Source of the DNA: Tubiluchus corallicola
Taxonomy: Eukaryota > Animalia > Priapulida
Length of the DNA: 64,000 nucleotides
Assembly: GCA_030141605.1 (NCBI GenBank)
Contig: JAQGDQ010000116.1
Coordinates: 496,001 to 560,000, forward strand
Reading direction: 5' to 3'
Of this stretch, positions 35,018-46,907 are shown piece by piece. Each line of letters begins with the position of its first letter. The first letter of the stretch is position 1. The notes below the pieces were generated by a model. The model did no database searches. It had not been told where the DNA came from and saw nothing but the letters and a program-made list of their open reading frames with translations. The position numbers and the translations under genes were made by a program.

Positions 35018-37196
35018 CGTTAATCGACTATTAGATATAATCCTACGTTTGTGGCAGTTAATACTTTTGTTTACTATAATGATGGTGAAAACTGTTATTT
35101 GTCGTTAGAGGCATCTTTCGTTAGTATTATACAAAGTTTAGTGGACATTCTAAAATCTAAATGAAATACTTGATTTCAGATGCAAAAGTGCTTGAGATAT
35201 AAAATCTGTTCTTTGCTTTTTCTACTGTGTATGCTAGCAGACTAGTCATTATTGTTTTGTATACAACTTTCTTGTAATATTTTCTCAAATTTTTTTCAGC
35301 TTATTCACAAAAAATGTAAACTTCATTTAAGAAAGAACAATATTTTTCCTAATTTTATACAAAGAATTGTTGTAATTGTAATTATTTACAAGTGTATTAC
35401 ATACACTATGCTCTAATGCATTCATTATTGGTTTTAAACAATAAGTTACTACTGGAAGTAAGGACAATGTGAAAGATCTATATGTTATCTATTAGTATGA
35501 ATCTAAGTTTTTTTAAGCTATAGTTAGTTGTTGGCCAGTATTCTTCATGTATGACAATGCTCAACTATTTAGTAGCTGTTGTAAGCAAATGTAGTTTGCA
35601 CTTTCTTATGGGATTAGAGACCTGGTAACTGGACAGCATGTTACCTAAAATTTATAATGTTGCAGTTCTTTTTTTCCTATAAAAGCCTCTAAATCAATGG
35701 TATTAATTTAAAACCAATCGTGTGTTGTAAATAATAATTTATTTTAATTTATTGGATGTACACATAATAAATCTAGTGTTGAAAATCTTTTAATTTTTAA
35801 TAAGGAAGCTTAATTCCTAATTTTAGGTATTTTTGCACCTAATATAATGACTCTTTAGTTAGACGCTTGAAAACTAGCATTATATAAGTCTGTGGCAGTA
35901 GGCCTCTTTTTGTAAACTTATTGAAAGAGCAATAGATGTCTGTGCTGAAAGCCACATTTTTAAATATGCACATGTTGTTTGAAAAGTTAATGATTGTAAT
36001 TTTAATTGTTATTAAGAGGATAATGTGCAATAATATGTCCCAAAGAACTACTATATTATAAGTGAAACTAGTCATTATTTTTACTAAAATATATAAACGA
36101 AAAACATGATACTTTTGTAGTTCTTGACATTGACAACTTCAGAGTGTGATTGCACAAATACTGCTTTTTAAGCAAATTATAAATATCTGTCTAATGATTA
36201 ATATACTCATTTGTTGTTTTGTATGCATTGAATTGTATTACTGTTATTTAAAACTTGATAGTTTTAATCTCAACCGAGTATTAGGCTGTAATAATCAAGT
36301 TTTTTTGTTCTGGCCGACTTATTAAGCCTACTGTATTGTTTATGACGATAATAACCTTAAAGTGTAATTCGTGTTACTTTTTAAGAGTAGAGACAATTTA
36401 GAACCGTTAAGTAAGATACTCATAACTCATTTTACATTTAACTTTATTCCCAACTTTGACTGGAGCTGTAATCTTGTCCTTTTTGCTCTTTATTTATAGA
36501 TAACTATTGCATAATGATTTGTTTAATTACATTTTTTGTTTACACAAATATAGCTTTTATAAAAAGAAGTGCATTACGTTTATTAATTGCTGCACAACTG
36601 AAATTGAACGAAATTGGATTACTGAATGCTAAAAGGCTCTACTCTAATTTTTTACACTTACTCAGGACCCATCAAGCTTACAGTATGAATTATCTCGCCT
36701 ATGATTGAAATGGCTATAGTTAAAATTACGTAGTTAAAATGGCTACTGCCTACTACTATGATTTAGACTTTCACTGTTAGTCCAACAATTTGTTGAATAT
36801 GCATTGTGTTGACGGGTCTAAAAATTAAAAAATTACTCTGGGGATTTTTGTCTGGCTACCCTTTTGTGATGTAAAACAAGTTTTCGATGGGATCATTTTG
36901 GTATAAGTGCGTTAGTAGATTTTGCACGTTTGTTTTTCCCTGTAGCAATTGTGTTATTTTAAAATGAATATTCGCAAAATATTCTGGTGAGGTTTAATTA
37001 TTAAGTAATGGTATCGGTTTTGTGATTGCTTAGCAAAATTGTCATTTTATTGTTTATGTTAAATTTGTTATGCTTTGGGTAATGCATTAAGTGCAATGCG
37101 CGTCTTGTTTTTATTGGCACCTTGTTGTGCAGTTGTATAAATGTTTACTTGCTTTAGAGGATAGTGAGTTTTTATACATGTCTGTGTGTTTGAGGA

Positions 37197-37202
37197 AATA
37201 AA
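37197..37202 (+). terminator. Candidate polyadenylation signal of the FERM gene (about 2.2-kb 3' UTR)
   Basis: AATAAA at the end of a long T-rich, CpG-poor stretch after the stop codon. Base composition changes just downstream. Confidence 0.4.
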
Positions 37203-38429
37203 TATTTCAGTTTCTATCATAATGATGCTATGCTTTCAGCTGCTTTAAAAAATGAAAAACAAAAGGGCTAAGCATAGCAGTCGATATCAATACGTACACG
37301 CCAAGAGACAATTTGTAGTAGAGTGATAAAACTGCTTTTTTATTTTTCATATGAATTTTTTAGACTCGCTATAATTTCCTAACTCACTGTATTTTTTAAA
37401 TTAAAAAACGTCGTTTCACTAAATTAAATATGCAAAAATTAGTCATGTAACAATAAAAATCTACAGGTTCATTTTCCACTTTCAGATTTTTAACGATTGA
37501 GTAGTTTTTTTAATGAACGAAGCGGAAGTACGCCTCTAAGTTTACATTAGCATTTTTAGTAAAAATTTAATGACAGCATTTTATTTAAAAAATATCCAAC
37601 GCATCACAAAAACACCTAAAATAAATAACAGAAATGTGCGTCACAAAAAGATCTATTCGCTCGAGAATTTGGTGTTAGTACAACTAGTACAGCAATTTAA
37701 CTTGTGTAACATCACCATATACTATAGTACATGCATATACTATATTTATTGTATATACTGCACTATGCTATAACATTACCATATATTTATTGAGCGATTT
37801 CTGTGAATATAATTAAAAGAAACGACGACGTAGATGGTGTAATTAGTTGTATATATTTAGCTACCAACCCAAAAACTATGAATTTAGATCATGCAGTTGA
37901 TGAACCACAATGTGATTAGCAGTAATTGTAAGCTTTTTTGCTGTATGTTGTACGAAAAGCATAATAATAAGCTCAGCAGATATAGGGAGTTGTAGTTTTT
38001 CCAGTTTTAACAACACGATTGTACTCACGAAAATAATTATTTCTTTTCTGGCAAAAACTTCTGATGTTCTAAAGGCTAATCACTATATAGGGAAATGAAC
38101 GAGGATATCCGTAAAAGTTTAACTTACAAAGCAGGTAAGGCAGCGTAATAATTTAGCAATGTAGTCTTGCGTGATCGAGTCAGTGTACTGAATGAACGTC
38201 GGCGCTGCAGTCCAAATGTCGCTCTCACGCCAAAATGTCTTGTCCCCTCGATGGAGGGTCTTCGCAGGTCAGATAAAAAGAAGTGGTAACCCACTGAAGG
38301 TCTTCACCCACCGTCTTCTAGAACGTGTTGACAATATTAACAACATATACTCAGCAGCAGTTCCTGCAGGGCAATCCTATTCGAAGTTTTCGTTACAGGC
38401 ATGACAACTGTTATTAATTGATGCAATTG

Positions 38430-38685
38430 CAAGGCATAGGTATATAGATGCATCAGTGTGTCTGTCCACATAAAATCAAAAAGATGGAACTAGAATCACC
38501 AAATTTGGCACAGGGATGGGTCTGGGTAAGACCTTAAAACACGCTGCTTTTTGGTGCAAATAGTTAAAGGTCAAGGCCACAAGGCCAAACAACGTCAAAA
38601 TAGATTTTTACCTGTACAGACTTCGGGTGAGGGTGTGGGTCTGCACTAGCTGTAGTCTGCATCTCTACTGAACGCCCTGTAGTTT
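38430..38685 (+). mobile_element. Helentron/DINE-1-like non-autonomous element remnant
   Basis: Recalled hallmark motifs occur in order: short gtgtgtctgtcc repeat, accaaatttggcaca, aaaggtcaaggccac, and 3' end ctctactgaacgccctgtagttt. Confidence 0.6.
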
Positions 38686-38923
38686 GCTATACTTATCTTA
38701 CTGTTTACGCAATTATTTCTTTCAATTAATATAGACCAAGTCTTCCTGTCTTACCGCCCATACGGCTGTATATGCGGTAGTATATAGTGTATTATAAGCT
38801 TTAAGGCTATGAGCTTGAAGAATTAGGCTAATAGCCTAAGTTTGCTTTACATTCAATAATTAACGTACATAATCTGTAAAAGTTGAGTGAAGACCATAAT
38901 TTACTCATGATTCCGACGACTGG

Positions 38924-38995
38924 TGATGATGATAATGACAATGACAACAACAATGATGATGATGATGATGATGATTAAAATTACTATTATTATCA

Positions 38996-39092
<97 letters not shown>

Positions 39093-39166
39093 CATCATCA
39101 TCATCATCATCGTCATCATCATCATCATCATAATCATCATCATCATTATTATTATTATTATTATTA
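38924..39166. repeat. Compound trinucleotide microsatellite (ATG)n/(ATT)n/(ATC)n
   Basis: Directly visible; it produces the spurious poly-Ile/Met ORFs. Confidence 0.97.
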
Positions 39167-39175
39167 CAAAAACCT

Positions 39176-39181
39176 TTTATT
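39176..39181 (-). terminator. Candidate polyadenylation signal of SLC25A29
   Basis: tttatt (AATAAA on the minus strand), about 260 nt downstream of the SLC25A29 stop. Confidence 0.45.
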
Positions 39182-39442
39182 CAGAAAATTCATTCGAAAT
39201 CAGACCCTCTATACCTGCAGCATACAGGGCAAAAATTACACAGTATGCATATATTACAAAATGTTTTTCATAATTAACACTTTAATAATTATAATAGCGA
39301 TCATAATCACGGTCGACATGATAATAACGATTATCATTAACGACGACGACGATGACGATGATGGTGATGACGAAAACGCCTATGACAAAGAACAAAAATT
39401 ATTATTAAGAAAGACCTATTTACATACATTTACGAGAAGTAA

Positions 39443-42400
39443 CTAACTTGCACCCCATGAGCTGCAACTTTTTTCAAGACTGCCTTCGTCAGCTTTTTTC
39501 ATCCACCGCAGAACCAAAGCGACAACTGTAAAAGTTGCTGCGTTTACTGGAAAAGCTCGAATTATAGTTGACATATAACCCTGCGTAAATAATTTGAGAC
39601 CCTCTTGTTGTAAGCTCCTTTTTGCGCAATCAAGAACTCCTGTATAACGTCTTTGACTGACACCGTCAGCTTGGTAGCGAGATTTTATCACATCTAATGG
39701 GTAAGTCGCGCTCCACGAACACATTCCACTTGTACCACCTGCTAACAGGAGGCCGCACATTCCAATATCTTTGTCTACTGGCTTCATAAGCCTACAAAGC
39801 ACTTCAAAGGTAAGAAAATAAACTCCACAACTTGGTCCTTCTCTTCCAAGAGTGAGCCAAAACCCCCGGGTGATTCCACAAAATCCTTCAGCTTTGTATA
39901 TTTTCACGAAACAGTCCAGTGGACTTTTGTAAATTTCCTGTCGGAATCTGACCCCTTGACCTTGCATTTGCAGTCTTGTTTTGGTCAGCTCGATGGGGGC
40001 AAGTATAAAAGATTGAGCCACACCTGCCGCGCACCCAGCAATGAAATGGCTGCGGAACGTATTAGAATCTTCCATGTTTCTTCGTGTGTTGCCATACACG
40101 CCGAATAGCACTGCATTAAGAAATGCAACTCCCACCAGCGGAGAAGACATACCTTTATACAAACCCATTACCTGAACAAAAATAAGGTTTAGATTAAATG
40201 TTAGTATCTTTAAATTTTGAGCTTCAATTTAAGTAACTGTACATTGTCGTCTGATCGCTGAAATGTGTCTTTCGTGATGGTCCATGCATCGATCTGACAC
40301 TGCAAGCTGCTTGACATACTACCAAATTCCTTACAGCTTCTGAGTTTGAACATAATTATGATGCTGTAGCACTGAAATTAATCTCATTTCTGATACAGTA
40401 ACATTATTTGCTGTTACATAGTTTGTCACAACAGGGAAAGGGGTATTATACTCTACCGATTCTTTTTGCACAATCTTTCTGAAGCAATCAAATGTCCCAT
40501 TATAGATGATTTTGTGCTTATTTTGCACTTGCATCCGGACTTTGACGGTATCAAATGGATGGCCTGCAAGAATTCCAGCACATCCTGCAACAAAAGAGTT
40601 TTTACAAAACTATATGTATAAAGTTTTTAAATTCTTTATAACAAGAACAATAACCATTTCATAAACAACTCACTATATAATAAACTTTACTATATTTTAT
40701 TACAGTTTAATAACAGTATATTTATTATTAATTAATATGTATTAGGCTCTATTAATTGTAAATTTGTGGCATTAATTTAATATAGTAACAGTGTGCCTAG
40801 TAGACATGCATCTACATAGATATCGCCGTCATAGTGCTTATGGGGCAGGGAATCATAACTTTGTTTCGTTTCGTTGTTTCTTTAGTGTCAACACTATACG
40901 ATAGACAATCAGATAGGCACTAAAGAGCAATGTCTAGTGCGAGACATAGTAACGAGATGACATTTAATCTCTTTATATTTTCCTATTTCTATTTTTTGTA
41001 CGTTCATCTTCAGTCCTTTTCTTTTCCTTGAGTTCACTGCCATAGATTTCTAGCTTTCGTAGTGCCTTTCGATCATTTAACTAGATTATTTCTTGAAAAG
41101 ATCTTTCTTGTTATGGCACAGTTCTTTTAACTACATTACAGCCAAATAGATGCTCGGTAGTATTCTATTCTTCTTTGCACAATGGACACCTCAAAACGTC
41201 CTTAAACTGACTCTTGTAATTGTCCTTCAGTGGCAACATATCTAATCTAATTTCTAGCACGTCTTTTATTTCATCTTTCATTAAGTATCTTAGTACTATT
41301 TTGCTTTGACGTGTTCATATTGCTGTAATCTCAACTTTGTTTTTAATTCGATGTGCTCCACAGCATTTTATTAAGGGAGCTTTTTATTTACCCCCGGGTT
41401 TTATTATTTATTTGTTTATTTAGTTGTGCCTTTTTGTTTATTTAACAACTCGTACACGCACTGGGCTAGGTTTACAAAACTCACAAGGCACACTCCTCGG
41501 GTAGGGGAAAATGTTTTTGTGGAACCCGTCACCCTCATGTCAAAGGTCACGGAGCAGGCAAGCCTTCTTTTTTCGTTAGGCTGGATCTCCTCCTACAGTT
41601 TTTGAGCTAGGCCACAATTTTTGGTATATAGCTAGGTGGGGCTGAGTTGTTGTGCATGGTTGAATGTGAACCATTTGCGTATGGGAAAATTTTTCGGCGG
41701 GGGGGGGGGGGCGAAACCAAAATCGAGGGGGTCAGACTTCAAGTATCGAATAACAATAGCGTGTAATATATCAAATGAAAGGTCTCGATTAGACGAATCG
41801 AATGACGAAAGTTTCGCTGATTTTGCTGGATGGCGGACCTTAATATCATAGGTTAAATGTAAGAAGTTCGATTTTAATTTGTTAAGTTTTCACGAAACAT
41901 TGTCGTGAAAAAGCGTTCGTCGGGCGTGTTATAGGAATGTTTAAGGGAGTTTTATACTTCCTTAGAAAGAAAAAGAACTAGACTACAAGGTGATATAAGT
42001 TTTTTGTGAAATTACCCAAATAAGGGGAGCATCGATCGATAAATTCCTGGCTAAGTAGCAGAAATTTCACATCTCTGAATCTTCCTAAGACTCACTGTTA
42101 ACTTGGGAAAGAAATGCTTGTGTGGTTACGTTGTGCTTGGATGCTAAGAAAAGCAATACAGGACTTAGTTAAGAATTAGCCTGGTGAGTGGTCACTTGAC
42201 TAGAAATTATAGTTTCGATTTTACTGAAACGAAATCGAATTCCTAAGCATGGTGAATTCAATGGATTCACGATCATGCCCTTCAAAACCTTGAATTACGG
42301 ACTACTGGAGAAAAGGCGATAAGTTCTGATTTCACTGAAGCTTTTAATGTCAAATCAACAGTACTTACATATATGATGTTAACTACAAAAATTTTCATTT

Positions 42401-43905
42401 GAAAGGCTGTCACATAAAGCACCTCCAGTCACAGAAGCAGAATCTTGCCACAATCTTAACACAGTCAAAAACGTCGACTAGTTTTTAATAATACTTTACT
42501 TATCTATTCTTTAATTTGTTTTTTCCTGGTAATACTGATTGACTTTATAACTTGTATTAAATAATCACTTTGTATTTCTAATTCATACTTTTTTGCTAGC
42601 GGCATTGTAACCTTTGTCCATCTACTTTCGATTTCTTTTTTCCACATTTCTTTCATAGCTTTACGGACATCTCTACATTCTTTTGAATTCACTAAATTGT
42701 GCAGTAACATTAATCTTTCATAATCTATCCGCTGCTGCATTGGCCAACCCCTATTCCGCAATAACTTGCTGACACCCTCTGTAGCAATATTCTTATGTTC
42801 AATTATTTTTCCCACTTTGTTGTATTATATTGTCCTAAGTGCTTGGAAAATACGTTTGTTTCAGAAATTTTCGAATTTTACTCTTATAACTACTGTGTCC
42901 TTTTCCTTACTTTTCATTTGTTCCCTTTACACTGCTTTTAATACGTGTGAATTTTGTAATATTAAAAATAATTTTTTTTCTTCAGTTCAAAATATTCAAA
43001 AATTTGAGTCATACTGATTATTTGTTTATTGCTCCTATAATATCTAAACTAAGTAGATATGAGATAAAACTTAGAACACTTGGTTGCTTGCTGACATGCT
43101 TTTTACTAACTATATGACGTAATGGTCATGTGACATTAAACAGAGACGATACTACAGCTCCCAATACCCAATAACTGCTGTATCCACAATATATACTCTG
43201 GTATTTACTCGTAAATAGATTAGTACAAAAATGTGCACAATTGGGGTTGGGTTATCTCAAACCGAAGTACATAGTGTAGCGTAGGCGAAGACGTGTCTGT
43301 GTGAATATTGACCAGAGACGTGGCAATGCGAAGGCGAACTTTCAACGCATATGTGAAGATTACGGGCAAAGCGTAGGTTATTACTCGACTTATGTGTGCC
43401 ACCGATGTCCACTCCTCCCTATCTTAGCTTTCCTATCTACTATCTCTGTCTATCCGGATCGAGTAGTATACTTTTCGTTCTTTACAAAATAATTGGTTTT
43501 CAGTCTTAGCCCATTAAGCGAATATACCGCTGGAGCTGAGTATCGCAGCAAGAGAGTAAACACCCCAACGATTTATTCCGAAAGAACTTCACGTGAAGCA
43601 ATCATTAAAACTTTTGAATGTTCTTGAGTTTTGATCTGGAAGTTCTTTTTTATGGCAACGCTCGTTGATGTTTATCAATTTTTACCAGTGTAAATGTTTA
43701 GAACTGGATACTGCACTTGCTTCTGGTACAGATTCGTCTAATTAAGATGTGAGTCATAACCGTAATCAACCTACTTACCTCCAAAGCAACCTGCAACGAA
43801 GTCGAGTACTTCATCATTGACCTTGACCACGCCGCGACGCTGTTCTTCGCTTGTGTACTTCCAAAGTTCCTGTTCCGCGAAGAGATAAGAGTTGGCAAAA
43901 TCCAT
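39443..43905 (-). CDS. SLC25A29: Mitochondrial basic amino acid carrier SLC25A29-like, 3 coding exons, 327 aa
   Basis: Exon 43905-43779 (MDFANS..VLDFVAGCFG, donor G|gtaagt). Exon 40584-40457 (GCAGILAGHPFDTVKVRMQ..CFRKIVQKES). Exon 40171-39443 (VMGLYKGMSSPL..PIELTKTRLQ..LLAGGTSGMCSWSATYPLDVIKSRYQADG..RAFPVNAATF). Phases are consistent and three PxD/ExxKxR carrier motifs are present. Confidence 0.93.
40861..43020 (-). mobile_element. 5'-truncated decayed non-LTR retrotransposon (ORF2 C-terminal part), split by an insertion
   Basis: Minus-strand peptides: GWPMQQRIDYERLMLLHNLVNS (42504-42815). After the insert come KTKLRL..KDEIKDVLEIRLDMLPLKDNYK..CPLCKEE*NTTEHLFGC, a CCHC zinc knuckle with a stop (about 41140-41280). 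The element ends in a short gaaac-repeat tail near 40861-40880. Confidence 0.75.
41341..42483 (+). mobile_element. Helentron-like non-autonomous element (about 1.14 kb) nested in the LINE
   Basis: Flanked by T-runs. Subterminal inverted repeats tcgatgt (41348) / acgtcga (42471) are followed by a CTAGT 3' end. Internal motifs include tcaaaggtcac and atatatcaaatgaaagg. The LINE protein appears to resume on either side. Confidence 0.65.
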
Positions 43906-45596
43906 GGCTAAACATGAGAATGGTTCAACCGCAAATAAAATACTTAGGTTTGCTATAAAGATAACTAAAACTAGAAGCTTCTAAAATTTGCTCCGACCTG
44001 AAAAAAAATCAATTTTCTGAAGTTAGTAATTATATATACTGCCATTAGCGGTAAAATCTCCAAAATATTAATTAATATCTACTCAAGTAACTCTATTTTC
44101 TGGAAATTTGGAGACGAAGCAATCCAGTTACAGGACAAGCCGCAGCTATTTTCTGATGAGGTATTTTCTGGAAATTTTTTCCAATATTTGTTAGTATTTT
44201 TTCATTCTAGGCCTTATCGCCCATTTTTGTTTAACAAATGGTTTCCATCTCATCTGAAGTTAGTAATAAACACGAGCAAGTTTACGTATGGTTTTAATTG
44301 GAGATACCCTTTCGCGCAGTCGATTTAATATATGTGCGCGGGATAAGTGAGAAAAACATCTATTTTTAGGGCAGTTATTAAAATTAATAACTGCAAAATC
44401 ACATATAGGCACAGAGTAGTTTGGATACGCATTATGCACATAGTAATTAATAAAAAATAAGTACACAGTACAATAGAAATATGTTGATATGAGGGATATG
44501 TAGGGATTCTAGGAGCATGTACAAAAACCAAGCAATGTGGTAGGAAAATTGGATTATTCTGCAAATGGAATATTATTTTACGTCGTTGTTATACGTTATA
44601 ACGAAGAAACTAAATTATTTGCAGTATTTCTGAAATTGCTTACGTGGGTGGCATTTATCCATCAGTTCTTCTAGCCATGTTCAAGATTATTTTGGAAGCA
44701 CGCACGAGATCAGACTCAATAGAGTTTGCAAATTCACAAAGAAGTGCAAAAACTATTCAAAGAAAAGAACTTTGGCGCATACATCATCGCACCGAATTTG
44801 CATTTCAGCTTTGTTGGCTAAATTCAAAGAGAATAGTAGTGTTAAAACAAATAAAAAGTATCCTCTTAGAAGTATAGGTTTTTATTGAGGTATGCAGCGT
44901 TAAAGCCTAAGACACTTTTTTGATGTCTGCATAAAGTTTCCTGTGTCAAAAGCTGGACTGAAAAAATTGGTGTGTAATGAAAAGGTTTTTCAAAAAGAGA
45001 AAAGGTGTGATAAAGGTTTTTGAAAGAGAAAAGTAGGTTTATTTTCAATGAAACTTTATGGAGAAGGCAGACATAAGCCATAGGGATAAACTACGTCATA
45101 TGATAGACGTAGCAAATGGTAGCAAGACGAATTTGGTACCGGGGGAGACGCTTCGTGAAGGTGTCGGAGGAATTTTACAGCTCTTTAGAAAGAGGAGTAG
45201 CTTTGTTGCAAGATAGGGTAAGATAATATAATAAGATCATAAGCCTCCGCCAGGACGATTACGAGTTAGTTCCAGGTTACTTCGAGATATTCTCGTTTGT
45301 AAGCTTTGTAACGTCTTCCACACCTTTTCTTATGTATAGCAGTGTAAACTAACGTCAGTATGTAAATATGGTATATTTGTCAGTCTATTTCATCAATGTT
45401 ACAATGGTCAAAGAATTGTAGACAAACGCTATGTATGATCTTATGCGCTAAGTATGCACTGTTGATTGCAGTTCTATTTTATGAACAAAATATTTTCTGG
45501 GTTATTTCGCTAGTCTGTTTAAGAATTAGTTACATATTTATAAAGGTACATTTTCGTATATTTGTCTGTTCATGTTTGTTTTTTTGGCTTTCCCTA

Positions 45597-45744
45597 TAAA
45601 AAATCAGATAAACATGTCTAGGATTGTTTTGCTTTGGCGAGTGTCTGCTCCCTATTGAGTGTTGTTTTGTTTTACTCGTATACCACTTTTTCCTACACTT
45701 TTCTATTTGTGCCCTTTTTCCTGTGCCATTTTTACCTACATTCT
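45597..45744 (+). repeat. Left arm of a dispersed inverted repeat (Helentron-like 3' end plus MITE-like end)
   Basis: aaaaaatcagataaacatgtctaggattgttttgctttggcg..gagtgttgtttt and ttttcctgtgccatttttacctacattct match the reverse complement of 46734-46907. Confidence 0.65.
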
Positions 45745-46468
45745 ATTTTCATCAGTAACTTACACTATTTTTAAATTTGTTAAGATTCGGCATTAAAAAT
45801 TATGTATTGATTATGATCTTATAGGTAACCTGATTTTGATTTTACCTATCAATATCTTTGTGCTTACTTAGTTCGAAAGTTAACAAAAATATTATAATAC
45901 ACGAGTGTTGCACCTTTGAATTTGCTCGCAAGGTAAATGGCACTCTAAACGACGAACTGGCTATAAAGAATTGCAACATATTTATAACGTTGATTTTATT
46001 GAAAAGGAGCATGAGGTGTTTATAAACTCGTTTAGTATATTATACATGTCGGAATTTTCCTATTCAGAAATTATCGCACAGACAACCCAGGTCGACAAAA
46101 GGTTTGCAAAACGCTTGGAAGAGTAAGACTGTAATCTGAGTATTCTCGTAAAACGCAAAACTGAAAAGGTTGTGACTAAAAAACAGAGTGTTAAAAAACA
46201 AGCAAACACAATTTTTACGTTTTGAGAAAGAATTTTAGATCTCAGACTAATAAGACACTTTGGAAACTCTGACGTACATGTAGTTATAAAACGGACGCAG
46301 GTACCATTGCAATATCTTGATTCTTTTCGCATAAAATTGACAAAAAATCTCGTGTTTTATTGTTTACTTTTACTTTTATTTATATGATAGAACCACTATG
46401 TAAACAGATCCAGTAGCTATTTTTATGAGGGGGCAGTGGTAAATGTAGCTTACAGCAAGCGCTGGTCG

Positions 46469-46543
<75 letters not shown>

Positions 46544-46586
46544 ATTATTATTATTATCATCATCATCATCATCATTATTATTATTT
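46469..46586. repeat. (ATT)n/(ATC)n microsatellite
   Basis: Directly visible; it produces the spurious poly-Asn ORF. Confidence 0.96.
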
Positions 46587-46733
46587 ATTAGTAGCATTTA
46601 TACATACACGTGCAATTAGTAATAACTGCACAAAATTTACAATATGCTTCTAAATTGTAGGTCAGACCAATTGATGCTGGTCGAGCAAGAAAACTTTGTC
46701 ACAAAGTCATGAGAGCGATGTCCTCCTTCGTGC

Positions 46734-46907
46734 AGAATGTAGGCAAAATGGCACAGAAAAAAGGACAGAAACGGAACAGTAGGAAAAAAGCGACAAACAT
46801 ATTATTTCAATACAAATAATTTCTATAATAAAACTAGAATAACACTCTATAAAAAGCAATCCTCCGCCAAAGCTAAACAGTCCTAAATATGTTTGTCGGA
46901 TTTTTTA
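46734..46907 (-). repeat. Right arm of the dispersed inverted repeat
   Basis: agaatgtaggcaaaatggcacag..aactagaataacactc..cctccgccaaagctaaacagtcctaaatatgtttgtcggatttttt is the reverse complement of the 45597-45744 arm. Confidence 0.65.

Noticed and set aside
38901-39273. Poly-Ile/Met ORFs on both strands
   Set aside because: Trinucleotide microsatellite artefacts.
46376-46597. Poly-Asn ORF
   Set aside because: (ATT)n microsatellite artefact.
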